Positions 1 to 9,708 of a stretch of 64,000 nucleotides of DNA are shown here, piece by piece. Position 1 is the first letter of the stretch; every line of letters begins with the position of its first letter. The notes below the pieces were generated by a model that was given only the letters and a program-made list of their open reading frames with translations, was not told the DNA's origin and did no database searches. The position numbers were made by a program, and so were the translations under genes. Source of the stretch: Crocinitomicaceae bacterium (lineage in GTDB: Bacteria; Bacteroidota; Bacteroidia; Flavobacteriales_D; Crocinitomicaceae); NCBI GenBank assembly GCA_024643545.1, contig JAHEMR010000005.1, forward strand, positions 173,025 through 237,024, given 5' to 3'.

Positions 1-616
1 ACACGCGGTCAGTTGCTTCCACTTTTCCTTGAGGTAATAAAGCATATTGAGATACTTTCGCTCCCACAAACAACATGGCAGAACCGTTTTTACACGATGC
101 AACACAAGCACCGCATCCAATACAAGCCGCAGCTTCAAAGGCTTTATCTGCATCTGCTTTTGGAATTGGAATAGCGTTTGCATCCATTGTGCGTCCGGAA
201 GTGTTTACCGAAACAAATCCTCCAGCTTGTTGAATACGGTCAAAGGCACTGCGATCAACCATTAAATCTTTGATAATTGGGAATGCGCGTGATCTCCATG
301 GCTCTACGTAAATGGTATCACCATCTTTAAACATGCGCATGTGCAATTGGCACGTTGTGATTCCGGAGTCAGGTCCGTGGGCGCGTCCGTTGATGTACAG
401 TGAACACATCCCACAAATACCTTCACGGCAATCGTGATCGAAAGCAATCGGAGATTGTTTCTCATTAATCAATTGTTCATTCAATTGATCTAACATTTCC
501 AAGAAAGAACTATCTGTGGAAACGTCATTTAATGTATACGTTTCTAATGCGCCTTTCGCCTTTGAATTTTTCTGTCTCCAGATTTTCAATGTGATATTAA
601 TGAACTTAGAAGCCAT
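1..616 (-). CDS. sdhB: succinate dehydrogenase/fumarate reductase iron-sulfur subunit (N-terminal ~205 aa; 3' end runs off the window)
   Basis: Absent from the ORF track because it is open at the window edge. Manual minus-strand translation from the ATG at 614-616 gives [17 protein letters not shown]...[16 protein letters not shown]...[16 protein letters not shown], which are the 2Fe-2S and 4Fe-4S cysteine clusters. It starts 14 nt after the sdhA stop. Confidence 0.9.
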   Translation of the reverse strand, partial: MASKFINITLKIWRQKNSKAKGALETYTLNDVSTDSSFLEMLDQLNEQLINEKQSPIAFDHDCREGICGMCSLYINGRAHGPDSGITTCQLHMRMFKDGDTIYVEPWRSRAFPIIKDLMVDRSAFDRIQQAGGFVSVNTSGRTMDANAIPIPKADADKAFEAAACIGCGACVASCKNGSAMLFVGAKVSQYALLPQGKVEATDRV

Positions 617-630
617 AATTTCTTTCTTAA

Positions 631-2643
631 TTATTTGTAATTTCTTGCTGCTATCTTAATAAACTCGTAATTCAGGTCTTCTTTGTGAAGAGTGGATTGT
701 TTAGAGTCTGAACCGTTGTATTCCCATGCGCCAACATACTTGAATTTTTCATCATCACGCAACGTTTCACCTTCTGAATCTTGGTGTTCTTCACGGAAGT
801 GACCTCCACAAGATTCTTCTCTGTGCAATGCGTCTACAGCCATTAGTTGACCCAATTCAATTAAGTCAGCTACACGCATTACTTTTTCCAATTCCGGATT
901 CATTTCATCTGCTGAGCCTGGTACAAATACATCTTTGTAAAATTCTTCGCGCAATAGTCCGATTTCTTCAATCGCTTGTTTTAAGCCTTGTTCATTGCGG
1001 GCCATTCCAACTTTGTTCCACATGATTAATCCCAAACGTTTGTGGAAGTGATCAACTGACTTAGAACCGTTGTTATTTAAGAAACGATCAATGCTTTCTT
1101 TTACTTCGTTTTCTGCTGCTTCAAATTCAGGTGAATCAGTAGCAATTTTACCTGTACGAATTTCATTAGCTAGGTAATCAGAGATAGTATAAGGAAGAAC
1201 AAAGTATCCATCTGCCAACCCTTGCATTAACGCGGAAGCTCCTAATCGATTTGCACCGTGATCAGAGAAGTTTGCTTCACCTGTCACAAAACAACCTTCG
1301 ATGGTACTTTGTAAATTGTAATCAACCCAAACGCCACCCATTGTGTAGTGAACAGCTGGATATATTTTCATCGGTGTCTCGTATGGATTTTCATCGGTGA
1401 TTTTTTGATACATCTGGAACAAGTTCCCGTATTTTTCCTCAATCCATTTTTTCCCTAATTCGATCATGCGCTCTTCTGTAGGATTATGATCCCCTAACGC
1501 ATAAGCTGCTTGCTTTCCTTTGCTTTTAATTTCAGATGCAAAATCTAAGTAAACACCCTCGTTTGTATCGTTTGCTTCAATTCCGTGACCTTCATCACAA
1601 CGTTCTTTCGCTGCACGAGAAGCTACGTCACGAGGAACAAGGTTCCCGAAAGCAGGATAACGTCGTTCTAAATAGTAATCTCTATCTTCTTCAGCAATTT
1701 GAGTTGGCTTCAATTTTCCTGCTCTAATCGCTTCAGCATCTTCTTTTTTCTTAGGAACCCAAATACGACCTGAGTTTCTTAAGGACTCAGACATTAGGGT
1801 TAATTTAGATTGATTTGTACCATGAACTGGAACACATGTTGGGTGAATTTGTACATAACATGGATTTGCGAATAGCGCTCCTCTTTTGTGTACTTTCCAT
1901 GCTGCAGAAACATTACTTCCCATCGCATTCGTGGAAAGGAAGTATACATTACCGTAACCTCCAGATGCAATCACCACTGCGTGTGCTGAATGACGTTCTA
2001 ATTCACCGGTAACCAGGTTACGTGCAATAATTCCACGTGCTTTTCCGTCAATTTTAACCAAGTCCATCATTTCATGACGGTGATACATTTTCACGCGACC
2101 TAATCCAATTTGACGAGATAATGCGGAGTATGCACCTAACAATAGTTGTTGACCTGTTTGACCAGCCGCATAAAACGTACGTTGAACTTGTGTTCCACCA
2201 AATGAACGGTTATCTAGAAGTCCACCATATTCACGTGCAAATGGAACTCCTTGAGCCACACATTGGTCGATGATGTTTCCAGAAACCTCTGCCAAACGGT
2301 GAACATTTGCTTCACGCGCACGGTAGTCACCACCTTTAATCGTATCATAAAACAAGCGGTAGACAGAGTCACCATCGTTTTGGTAATTTTTTGCAGCATT
2401 GATTCCTCCTTGTGCGGCAATTGAATGGGCACGACGCGGAGAATCTTGAAAACAGAATGCTTTTACGTTATATCCCATTTCACCTAGGGATGCAGCAGCC
2501 GATGCACCGGCTAATCCTGTTCCAACAACAATAACGTCAATCTTTGGACGATTGTTGGGAGCAACCAATTTCATGTGATTTTTGTGGTTTGTCCACTTTT
2601 CAGCAATTGGTCCTTCTGGAATTCTTGAATTTAATTTTGACAT
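631..2643 (-). CDS. sdhA: succinate dehydrogenase/fumarate reductase flavoprotein subunit
   Basis: 670 aa. It has the FAD fold [14 protein letters not shown], the covalent-FAD His region [15 protein letters not shown], and HYTMGG. It lies between sdhC and sdhB with 13-14 nt spacers. Confidence 0.97.
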   Translation of the reverse strand: MSKLNSRIPEGPIAEKWTNHKNHMKLVAPNNRPKIDVIVVGTGLAGASAAASLGEMGYNVKAFCFQDSPRRAHSIAAQGGINAAKNYQNDGDSVYRLFYDTIKGGDYRAREANVHRLAEVSGNIIDQCVAQGVPFAREYGGLLDNRSFGGTQVQRTFYAAGQTGQQLLLGAYSALSRQIGLGRVKMYHRHEMMDLVKIDGKARGIIARNLVTGELERHSAHAVVIASGGYGNVYFLSTNAMGSNVSAAWKVHKRGALFANPCYVQIHPTCVPVHGTNQSKLTLMSESLRNSGRIWVPKKKEDAEAIRAGKLKPTQIAEEDRDYYLERRYPAFGNLVPRDVASRAAKERCDEGHGIEANDTNEGVYLDFASEIKSKGKQAAYALGDHNPTEERMIELGKKWIEEKYGNLFQMYQKITDENPYETPMKIYPAVHYTMGGVWVDYNLQSTIEGCFVTGEANFSDHGANRLGASALMQGLADGYFVLPYTISDYLANEIRTGKIATDSPEFEAAENEVKESIDRFLNNNGSKSVDHFHKRLGLIMWNKVGMARNEQGLKQAIEEIGLLREEFYKDVFVPGSADEMNPELEKVMRVADLIELGQLMAVDALHREESCGGHFREEHQDSEGETLRDDEKFKYVGAWEYNGSDSKQSTLHKEDLNYEFIKIAARNYK

Positions 2644-2656
2644 AATCCTGTTTTTC

Positions 2657-3562
2657 CTAATGGTTCATGTAAATAATAACGGGAATAATTGCGAATAAGA
2701 AAGGCACAATAATACTGAAGGCCATTCCTATTTTCTTAATGATTGGCGTGTACAACGGATGATTCAATCCCAATGATTGAAACGCCGATGCAAATCCATG
2801 CCATAAGTGGTATCCTAAAACAATCATTGAAATCACGTAAAAAATAACTCCAAACAAAGCGCTTGAATTTTCTTTACTAAAGAAAGTCATGACAACTGTA
2901 TGTAAATCTTTGTACCCATCACCAATTTTTACATGTGATGTAAGGTCATAGAATTCGTGCTTGTTTTTTATTTCAAACAATTTCTGTTCTTGACCAGTAC
3001 TTGGGTCTTTCACTTTGAATTGTTGGTAAGTACCATTTGTATTTAGGTAATGCGTCACTTCAATTGGTTTAGTGATCATTTCTCCTGTAGCTGGATTTTG
3101 TCCAACTGGATAATCAACTGTCTTTACCAATGAATGCAAAGGAATCTCTTTCGTGATTTTTGCTTTCCACCAGAAATTCGCCATGTGCGTTGCTAGGAAA
3201 ACCAAAATTAAGGTTCCTAAAATAGCCATGTTTCTTGACGCTGTTCCAGAATTTGCTTTTGGATTGCTATACGCATATTTCACCGGACGCGCTTTTCTGT
3301 TTTGAATGGTTAACATAATTCCATCCACAGCGTGTATGATTAATGCGATGTATGTCGTGTACGACAATACTTGGATGAATAAATTATGCCCCATGAAGTA
3401 AGCATATTCATTAAAGGCACGACGTCCTTCTTCACCTGTTTTGAAAATAAGTTGGAGGTTACCGAGAAGGTGACCAACAAGGAATGTACACAAGAACAGT
3501 CCCGTCAAAGCCATAAAGTACTTCTTGGCGATGGATGATTTAAATAATACAGAGTTACTCAT
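2657..3562 (-). CDS. sdhC: succinate dehydrogenase cytochrome b subunit (b558 family) with an enlarged loop
   Basis: 301 aa with five hydrophobic helices. Heme-ligand-type His residues sit in [23 protein letters not shown] and GYHLWHGF. It is the first gene of the sdhCAB operon. Confidence 0.85.
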   Translation of the reverse strand: MSNSVLFKSSIAKKYFMALTGLFLCTFLVGHLLGNLQLIFKTGEEGRRAFNEYAYFMGHNLFIQVLSYTTYIALIIHAVDGIMLTIQNRKARPVKYAYSNPKANSGTASRNMAILGTLILVFLATHMANFWWKAKITKEIPLHSLVKTVDYPVGQNPATGEMITKPIEVTHYLNTNGTYQQFKVKDPSTGQEQKLFEIKNKHEFYDLTSHVKIGDGYKDLHTVVMTFFSKENSSALFGVIFYVISMIVLGYHLWHGFASAFQSLGLNHPLYTPIIKKIGMAFSIIVPFLFAIIPVIIYMNH

Positions 3563-3585
3563 AATTGTTAACCTTTAATGTGGTG

Positions 3586-3593
3586 CAAATTTA
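3586..3593 (-). promoter_or_regulatory. candidate -7 box (TAaaTTTG) for sdhCAB
   Basis: The minus strand reads TAAATTTG, 23 nt upstream of the sdhC ATG. This matches the Bacteroidota TAnnTTTG consensus. No clear -33 TTTG was seen. Confidence 0.4.
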
Positions 3594-3630
3594 CTTCTAA
3601 CTAACAATAAAATAGAAGTTTTGTTTCTAT

Positions 3631-4536
3631 TTAGAATGAATTTAGATAAGATAGTTCAGACGTTGTTTCGTCTACCTTTAATTTAACCCTTGCCCCAACA
3701 ATTACAGACCGGTTATCTGAAAAGTGTCCAATGGGAAAATCATAACAAATGGGAATTTTTGAATACCTAAAATGATGTGATACAATTTCATCTAAGGTGA
3801 ATCCTGTTGGATTATCAGTGTCCTCTAAATCAGTCATTCCGCCAATAATTAATCCCTTGATTTTTCCCAATGCACCGGTTTTTTTGAGTGCAAAAAACAT
3901 ACGGTCTAGGTGGTATAATTGTTCCGCTAAATCCTCTAAAAACAGAATGGAATCATCGAAAGAATACGCATCGTCTGTTCCTAATAAGCTAAATACAATA
4001 CTTAAATTTCCTCCAATCAAGGTACCATCCGCCTCACCTTGCTGGTTAAATTCATTTCTGGCACATGTAATCTGGGGTGTTTCCCCTTGCAAAATCCCCA
4101 ACATGGTCTCCAATGCTTCAGGAGAATTCTTCTCAAAGTTTAGTGGCATTGAACCATGAATACTCTGAACGCCTAACTTCATTAGTCGGTGATGAAAAAC
4201 GGTAATATCGCTGAATCCTATCAGCCATCGTGGTTCGCGTAGCATATTTGCCCAATTGATTTGGTCCACAATACGCACACATCCATAGCCCCCTCTAGCA
4301 CATAAAATGGCTTTAACTTCCGGATGGTTAATTCCAAATTGCATGTCACTCGTTCGTTCTTCATCTGTTCCAGAAAAATAACGGTATGTGCCCAAACAGT
4401 GCTCACTTAACAGGACACGGAAACCTTTTCCTTCCAAAAAATCCTTTGTGTACAAAACAGAAGCTGTATCTGTTGCTTTGGCTGGTGCTGTGATGTAAAT
4501 TAAATCACCTTTTTCTAATGCGGGTGGTGTGATCAT
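3631..4536 (-). CDS. LD-carboxypeptidase (peptidase S66 family)
   Basis: 301 aa. It has the nucleophile motif LIGFSDITV and the C-terminal DFPIGH motif. It starts 5 nt downstream of the ispD stop. Confidence 0.85.
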   Translation of the reverse strand: MITPPALEKGDLIYITAPAKATDTASVLYTKDFLEGKGFRVLLSEHCLGTYRYFSGTDEERTSDMQFGINHPEVKAILCARGGYGCVRIVDQINWANMLREPRWLIGFSDITVFHHRLMKLGVQSIHGSMPLNFEKNSPEALETMLGILQGETPQITCARNEFNQQGEADGTLIGGNLSIVFSLLGTDDAYSFDDSILFLEDLAEQLYHLDRMFFALKKTGALGKIKGLIIGGMTDLEDTDNPTGFTLDEIVSHHFRYSKIPICYDFPIGHFSDNRSVIVGARVKLKVDETTSELSYLNSF

Positions 4537-4541
4537 TTCGT

Positions 4542-5207
4542 TTATGAAAATTGAAGGAGTGCAGATGCAAAGGCTAGGTCACTTATGGTGGTAATCTTTA
4601 TATTTTCTTCATTACTGTCGACCAGATGTGGTTCAATTCCATTGAATCCTACTACGCTGGCATCATCAGTCATTGCTTCTTGATAACTTGTTTGGTAAGC
4701 GTTCTTCAAAACTTCAGCGTTAAAACACTGTGGGGTATGAACCAGTTTATAGTCATTGCGGTTGACAATTTCAGAACCATCTTTCGTAACAAAACGCAGG
4801 GAATCTTTTACAGCAAGCACGGGAATAACACTATCAGAATGGTGTAATCCTTCGATGCAACGTTGAATCGTTTCATGACTCACTAATGGACGAACCCCGT
4901 CGTGCACCATAATAAAATCTCCCGTACAATGACTCAGCGCTAATTGAATGGAGTGAAAACGTTCTAGTCCACCGGTACTTATGCGATGAGGAATTTCACA
5001 CTGAAAGGCAACGACAAGGTCATTCCAATAAGAAATCCATTCTGATGGCAAGGTGAGAATGATTTCCAAAGAGGAATCAAAAGAATGGAATTTCTCCAAA
5101 CAATGAAGTAAAATGGGCTTGCCTTGGATTTCTAAAAATTGCTTGGGTAAGTCAGTCCCCATGCGTTTTCCTATTCCTCCCGCGGTGATGATGACAGATC
5201 CTTTCAT
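4542..5207 (-). CDS. ispD: 2-C-methyl-D-erythritol 4-phosphate cytidylyltransferase
   Basis: 221 aa. N-terminal ITAGGIGKRMG...PKQFL and VHDGVRP are typical IspD motifs. Confidence 0.9.
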   Translation of the reverse strand: MKGSVIITAGGIGKRMGTDLPKQFLEIQGKPILLHCLEKFHSFDSSLEIILTLPSEWISYWNDLVVAFQCEIPHRISTGGLERFHSIQLALSHCTGDFIMVHDGVRPLVSHETIQRCIEGLHHSDSVIPVLAVKDSLRFVTKDGSEIVNRNDYKLVHTPQCFNAEVLKNAYQTSYQEAMTDDASVVGFNGIEPHLVDSNEENIKITTISDLAFASALLQFS

Positions 5208-5214
5208 AACCCTT

Positions 5215-5222
5215 CAAAAATA
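5215..5222 (-). promoter_or_regulatory. candidate -7 box (TAttTTTG) for ispD-ldcA
   Basis: The minus strand reads TATTTTTG, 7 nt upstream of the ispD ATG. This implies a very short leader. Confidence 0.35.
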
Positions 5223-5237
5223 CGCATTGCCAAGTAA

Positions 5238-6134
5238 TTAATAGGAAAGAATTTTTAATCTTTGAGGAATTATGGAGATTTCGAATGATTTCCCGCGAAC
5301 GTACTCTCCATCGGTTTCCGCATGAATCTCTTCATCCGGGGATGTCAGAGTTAAGGTATTACTTTCAAAGTAATGAGCCTCTGGATGATCAATGCGTTTC
5401 CCGCTTTTTACTTTATAGACATTCATGACGTAATCAAATAGCGATACTTTAGCCAAAATAGTCATGTTAAGTTTTCCATCAGAAATGGATGCGCCAGGAT
5501 GAATGTGCAGGCCATTTCCAAAAATAGAACCATTGCAAGCCGCGGCTAAAAGTATTTCGCCTTGGTAGGAAAAAGTACCCGCTGTAAGTGAAACATGCGG
5601 ACGTTTAAACCCAATAAAGGTTTTTAAAATGGCCAATCCATAAGAAGATCTTGGTCCATACTTTTGACGGAATTCATTTAAAGATAGAACCACTGAACCA
5701 CCAAAACCGATATCGGCAACATTCATAAAATAACGTGTTTCATGTTCAGTCAGCATTTTTCCAACATCCGAAAGGATATATTTGGGGTGAGTGATGGCAT
5801 CTAGGAATAGATCAAATTGAAATGTTTGAAAAAAGGAACTTTGGTATAAATCATTCCCAGTACCACAAGGAATAATGGCTAAAACAGGCAGCGATGAAAT
5901 TTCTGATTGAAGTAATCCATTGATAATCTCATTGATCGTGCCATCACCTCCAATCCCGACAATCATGTCTACTTCAGACGCATTTTTTCGTGCAATTTCG
6001 ACCAGTTCTTTTTCTTGTTTGGAGGAGATGAATTGGTAATGATCTCCAAGGATACGTGAACAAGCGTCAAGAAAACGCTGAAGTGATTTACTCACTTCTT
6101 TGCTCCCATTCATTAAAAAAAGTGTTTTTGGCAT
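5238..6134 (-). CDS. diacylglycerol kinase family lipid kinase (YegS/BmrU-like)
   Basis: 298 aa. It has the GIGGDGTINE motif and the N-terminal strand TLFLMNG typical of the DAGK catalytic domain. Confidence 0.85.
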   Translation of the reverse strand: MPKTLFLMNGSKEVSKSLQRFLDACSRILGDHYQFISSKQEKELVEIARKNASEVDMIVGIGGDGTINEIINGLLQSEISSLPVLAIIPCGTGNDLYQSSFFQTFQFDLFLDAITHPKYILSDVGKMLTEHETRYFMNVADIGFGGSVVLSLNEFRQKYGPRSSYGLAILKTFIGFKRPHVSLTAGTFSYQGEILLAAACNGSIFGNGLHIHPGASISDGKLNMTILAKVSLFDYVMNVYKVKSGKRIDHPEAHYFESNTLTLTSPDEEIHAETDGEYVRGKSFEISIIPQRLKILSY

Positions 6135-6138
6135 AATT

Positions 6139-6146
6139 CAAAGATA
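6139..6146 (-). promoter_or_regulatory. candidate -7 box (TAtcTTTG) for the lipid kinase gene, only 4 nt from the ATG
   Basis: The minus strand reads TATCTTTGAATTATG. The same TATCTTTG-N4-ATG arrangement occurs on the divergent gene at 6229-6243. Confidence 0.3.
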
Positions 6147-6216
6147 ATTGATTCTCGCGTTGGAAAGAAAAATGTGAAAATGATAACTCCCATTCAAATG
6201 AATGTAAAAAACTAAA

Positions 6217-6969
6217 ATGTCAAATGATTATCTTTGCAAAATGATTATTGGTGCAGATTATGAGAAGTTGATATGGAAATTTGGTGAATTCACCTTAATG
6301 GAACCAAATACACTTATAACTGACACCATCATGTCAGCGGTTTGTATCTACTTAAGCATTAAACTTTGGAAAGCACATGAGCGAAATCCATTTGTCAACT
6401 GGTTTATTGCTTTTTTCTTCATGTTGGGGATTAGCACATTTGTTGGAGGATTAGGTCATGGATTTTATTTTTACTGGGGAACAATTGGGAAAATACCAGG
6501 TTGGATAACTGCTATTTTAGCTGTGTTTTGTATTGAACAGGCCATGATTTCATTTGTCTTCAATAAAACACTTCAAAAAATTTACAAGTGGTCTTCTCTA
6601 CTTAAAATGTTGATCGTTCTCGGGATTCTACTTCGGATTTTCCTCAATGGTCAAGTAATAGAAAAACCTGAATTAGGATTTTTCCCCATCGCAATTAACA
6701 CGATTTTAGGAACGATTTTAAGTGCTGGAATTTTAGGAGTGGTTTTCTATCGGAAGCATCAAGCACCTTTTCATTATTTTTCATATGGCGTATTAGCGAT
6801 GTTGCCAGCGGCATTTTTTTTCCTTATGAAAATTAATTTACATCCATGGATGGATAAAAATGATGTTTCACATATTCTTATGTCAATCGGGAATGTATTC
6901 TTTTACGTAGGAATTTTAAAAGTAACACCGGAATTAGCTTCTAAATTCAATGCTGAATTCGCAGGGTAG
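6217..6969 (+). CDS. hypothetical polytopic (about 7-TM) membrane protein
   Basis: 250-aa ORF consisting almost entirely of hydrophobic helices. The real start may be Met9 (6241) or Met28 (6298, MEPNTL). I recognise no family motif. Its 3' end overlaps the convergent gene by 23 nt. Confidence 0.55.
   Translation: MSNDYLCKMIIGADYEKLIWKFGEFTLMEPNTLITDTIMSAVCIYLSIKLWKAHERNPFVNWFIAFFFMLGISTFVGGLGHGFYFYWGTIGKIPGWITAILAVFCIEQAMISFVFNKTLQKIYKWSSLLKMLIVLGILLRIFLNGQVIEKPELGFFPIAINTILGTILSAGILGVVFYRKHQAPFHYFSYGVLAMLPAAFFFLMKINLHPWMDKNDVSHILMSIGNVFFYVGILKVTPELASKFNAEFAG
6229..6236 (+). promoter_or_regulatory. candidate -7 box (TAtcTTTG) for the divergent membrane protein gene
   Basis: The plus strand reads TATCTTTGCAAAATG. 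The ATG at 6241 is in frame with the 6217 ORF (Met9). Confidence 0.3.
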
Positions 6970-7810
6970 AATATTTTGAAATGGTTTTTCCAGCAACGGT
7001 TTTTCCAGTTAAATAATAAACATACGTACCCATCGAACAAACCTCACCATCAACTTTCTTTCCATTCCAACTTTCAAGTGGATCATTGCTTTTGAAAACA
7101 ACTTGATTATTCAGATCAAGAATGACTAAGCTATAATCCGCGAATTCAAAAGCGCCTAAATCAATGCTGAAAACATCGTTTTTACCGTCACCGTTCGGAG
7201 AAAAAATATTTGGTAAAATGATGATCTCATCTTGTTCTATGGAATTTGATTCTTGATGAATTTGATCAACCTGATTAGCGAGAGAATTATCAGAAATTAC
7301 GGTGATATTTTGATCGGAAACCGTTGTTTGTAATGGAAGAATTGGCATTCCTTCAAACTCTTTGTTCGTCAAAGAATTGGCAGGACCGCATGAGGCACTA
7401 CCAAAACCACTGTGTAGGGTTCCTGGGCCAAATGCTGGACCATTATCTTCTTGAGGGATTTCTGGAATCAAAAATACATGCTCATAGATTTTAGCAGGTT
7501 TTGATAATTTTATCACTGCTTTTTCATCAGTGGACTTGGTTTGAGTCGATGTTTTTTTGATTTCTTTTGATCTCACCGTTTTTGTGGATGATGTTTTTTG
7601 TTGTGTCAACATCCAAAGACCACCAATTACCGCGGCAGCGCTTAATCCACCAATGATCGATTTTGTTAAAACGGATAAACCACTGCTTACAACAGCTGAA
7701 CCTGTTGTAATAGAAGAAGAAACGGAAGCCCATAATTCAGGACTCACTGGCGACTGGTGTTGTGCCAATTTCTCTTGAAACAATTCTTTTATGAAATCTT
7801 TTTCTTCCAT
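6947..7810 (-). CDS. single-pass membrane protein, putative anti-sigma factor, with a T9SS type-B (gliding-motility-associated, CHU_C-type) C-terminal domain
   Basis: 287 aa. Its ATG is 1 nt after the ECF sigma stop. The order is an N-terminal region with KLAQHQSPVSPELWASV, a TM helix IIGGLSAAAVIGGLWML, an S/T/K-rich linker, then LPNIFSPNGDGKNDVF...WNGK...GTYVYYL...LRIQH. Confidence 0.7.
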   Translation of the reverse strand: MEEKDFIKELFQEKLAQHQSPVSPELWASVSSSITTGSAVVSSGLSVLTKSIIGGLSAAAVIGGLWMLTQQKTSSTKTVRSKEIKKTSTQTKSTDEKAVIKLSKPAKIYEHVFLIPEIPQEDNGPAFGPGTLHSGFGSASCGPANSLTNKEFEGMPILPLQTTVSDQNITVISDNSLANQVDQIHQESNSIEQDEIIILPNIFSPNGDGKNDVFSIDLGAFEFADYSLVILDLNNQVVFKSNDPLESWNGKKVDGEVCSMGTYVYYLTGKTVAGKTISKYSTLRIQH

Positions 7811-7811
7811 T

Positions 7812-8384
7812 TTATCTTTTTTCTATACGGTCTTTCAAGTATGCCCTTGCTCTCAAATACTGTGATTTTGAGGTACTTTCTGTAATTCCTAATGCTGTCG
7901 CAATTTCTTGATGTGAATATCCTTCGATGGCGAACATATTGAATACAACACGATAGCCATCAGGCATAGATTGTACCAATTTCATCAAATCATCCGCTAT
8001 TAATTTTTCGGCAATGAAATCATGTTGTTCAATGCGGTAGGATACTTCTTCTACTTGAATTTCTTTGAGTAACTTTTTATCCTTTCGCAATTGATCTAAA
8101 CAAGTGTTGACAACAATGCGACGGATCCAACCTTCAAATACTCCTTCGAATTTATACTCTGGAAGTTTTGAATAGACCTTAACCAATGCATCTTGTAGTA
8201 CATCTTCCGCGCGCATTTTGTCTTTGACGTATCGCAGACAAACGGAAAACATTTTTGGGGCAAACATGTCAAACAACGCTTTTTGAGCTTTTGGATTCCC
8301 ATCAATACACTGTTTAATTAATGCAATTTCCTCCATGCTCGGTTTGTTTGACTGCGTTTCTTTCGAAAAAGTTGCACGCCACAT
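7812..8384 (-). CDS. RNA polymerase ECF-type sigma-70 factor
   Basis: 190-aa ORF with region 2 (DVLQDALVKVY..., FEGWIRRIVVN) and region 4 (GYSHQEIATALGITESTSKSQ). The likely true start is Met17 at 8336 (MEEIALIKQC). Confidence 0.9.
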   Translation of the reverse strand: MWRATFSKETQSNKPSMEEIALIKQCIDGNPKAQKALFDMFAPKMFSVCLRYVKDKMRAEDVLQDALVKVYSKLPEYKFEGVFEGWIRRIVVNTCLDQLRKDKKLLKEIQVEEVSYRIEQHDFIAEKLIADDLMKLVQSMPDGYRVVFNMFAIEGYSHQEIATALGITESTSKSQYLRARAYLKDRIEKR

Positions 8385-8426
8385 TAAAATTCATACGAAT
8401 TAACGTATTTTCGTTTGCTTAAACAA

Positions 8427-9653
8427 ATGAATATGAAATCCTTTTTATCCTTAGCCCTCATCATGGTATCACTCTTTTCTTCTGCTCATACGAAAATGAA
8501 AACAGGTATGTGGCAAGGAGAATTAGCCATGAATGACCGTCTCTTTATTCCTTTTCAATTGAAGGTAGAACAGGAAGGTAAAAAAATCTATGTTGTCAAT
8601 GATGCAGAAGAAATCTTGATGAAGTCACAGCTTAAAAAGGATAGTATTTGTTTGCATTTTCCAATTCAGGATGCTGATGTCGTTTTTCAATTGGATGAAA
8701 ATGGCCAAACAGCCAAAGGATATTGGATAAATCACAACAAAAAGGTGAAGCAAAGAATCCCGTTAACTTTAAGTTGGAATGTTGCCATGAGATTTCCAAA
8801 TATGCGTCCAACAAAACCGCTGGAATCTATTTTCGACGGAACCTGGGAGGTAACATTTCAGCCAGGAACAAAAGAGGAAGAGAAGGCAATAGGGATATTT
8901 AAAGCAGGGAAGGACACAGAAATTGCTGGTACTTTTTTAACTGAGACAGGAGATTACCGTTTTTTAGCTGGAAATCGCTCCGGAATGCATTTCTCCATGT
9001 CCACCTTTAACGGTTCATGGGCCATGTTATTTGAAACAGAATTACAGTCAGACACCTTAAAAGGGAAGTTTTACAGTGGTGTTTCATACGCTTCAGATTG
9101 GATCGCAGTGCGAAATCCAGACGCAAGATTGAGAAATGAGGCGTATCTGACCTATGTCGTTAATGACCAAAAAGTGAACACGTCGGATATGATTCAATTG
9201 AATGGATCGCCTTTTTCCTTAAAATCAACGCAAGGAAAAGTGACCGTGTTACAAATCATGGGAACGTGGTGTCCAAATTGTTTGGATGAGGTGCATTTCA
9301 TGAATCAATTGCACAAGCAATATGAGCAATATGGACTAGAAATCATTGCTTTGGCTTATGAAGTGGGGACAAACAAAAAACAAACGCTCAAAAAATTAAA
9401 AGCGTTCAAGAAGAAAATTGGAATGGAATACGCATTAGTGTTGGCAGGACAGTCCTCAAAGGATGTGGCTTCAGCCCAATTCCCTATGTTGAATGGCATC
9501 ATGAGTTTTCCAACTACCATCATTCTTGGAAAAGATGGTAAAGTACTTCATGTACACACTGGGTATAGCGGACCAGCAACAGGAGTTGCTCACAAAGAAC
9601 TTACCGATAAAATTCAATTGGAAATAGAAGGAGCACTAGATTTATTAAAGTAA
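8427..9653 (+). CDS. TlpA-like thiol:disulfide oxidoreductase with a ~270-aa N-terminal extension
   Basis: The ORF-track start at 8415 is TTG, and ATGs follow at 8427 and 8433. It has a signal peptide MKSFLSLALIMVSLFSSA and a C-terminal thioredoxin fold with GTWCPNC. Confidence 0.85.
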   Translation: MNMKSFLSLALIMVSLFSSAHTKMKTGMWQGELAMNDRLFIPFQLKVEQEGKKIYVVNDAEEILMKSQLKKDSICLHFPIQDADVVFQLDENGQTAKGYWINHNKKVKQRIPLTLSWNVAMRFPNMRPTKPLESIFDGTWEVTFQPGTKEEEKAIGIFKAGKDTEIAGTFLTETGDYRFLAGNRSGMHFSMSTFNGSWAMLFETELQSDTLKGKFYSGVSYASDWIAVRNPDARLRNEAYLTYVVNDQKVNTSDMIQLNGSPFSLKSTQGKVTVLQIMGTWCPNCLDEVHFMNQLHKQYEQYGLEIIALAYEVGTNKKQTLKKLKAFKKKIGMEYALVLAGQSSKDVASAQFPMLNGIMSFPTTIILGKDGKVLHVHTGYSGPATGVAHKELTDKIQLEIEGALDLLK

Positions 9654-9661
9654 ATTGCAAC

Positions 9662-9691
9662 AAAAAAGGGCTGTTTTCACAGCCCTTTTTT
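9662..9691. terminator. bidirectional rho-independent terminator between the convergent tlpA-like gene and mreB
   Basis: The sequence is AAAAAA-GGGCTG-ttttca-CAGCCC-TTTTTT, a perfect 6-bp GC-rich stem flanked by A and T runs. Confidence 0.8.
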
Positions 9692-9708
9692 ATTACTATC
9701 TAGTCCGA

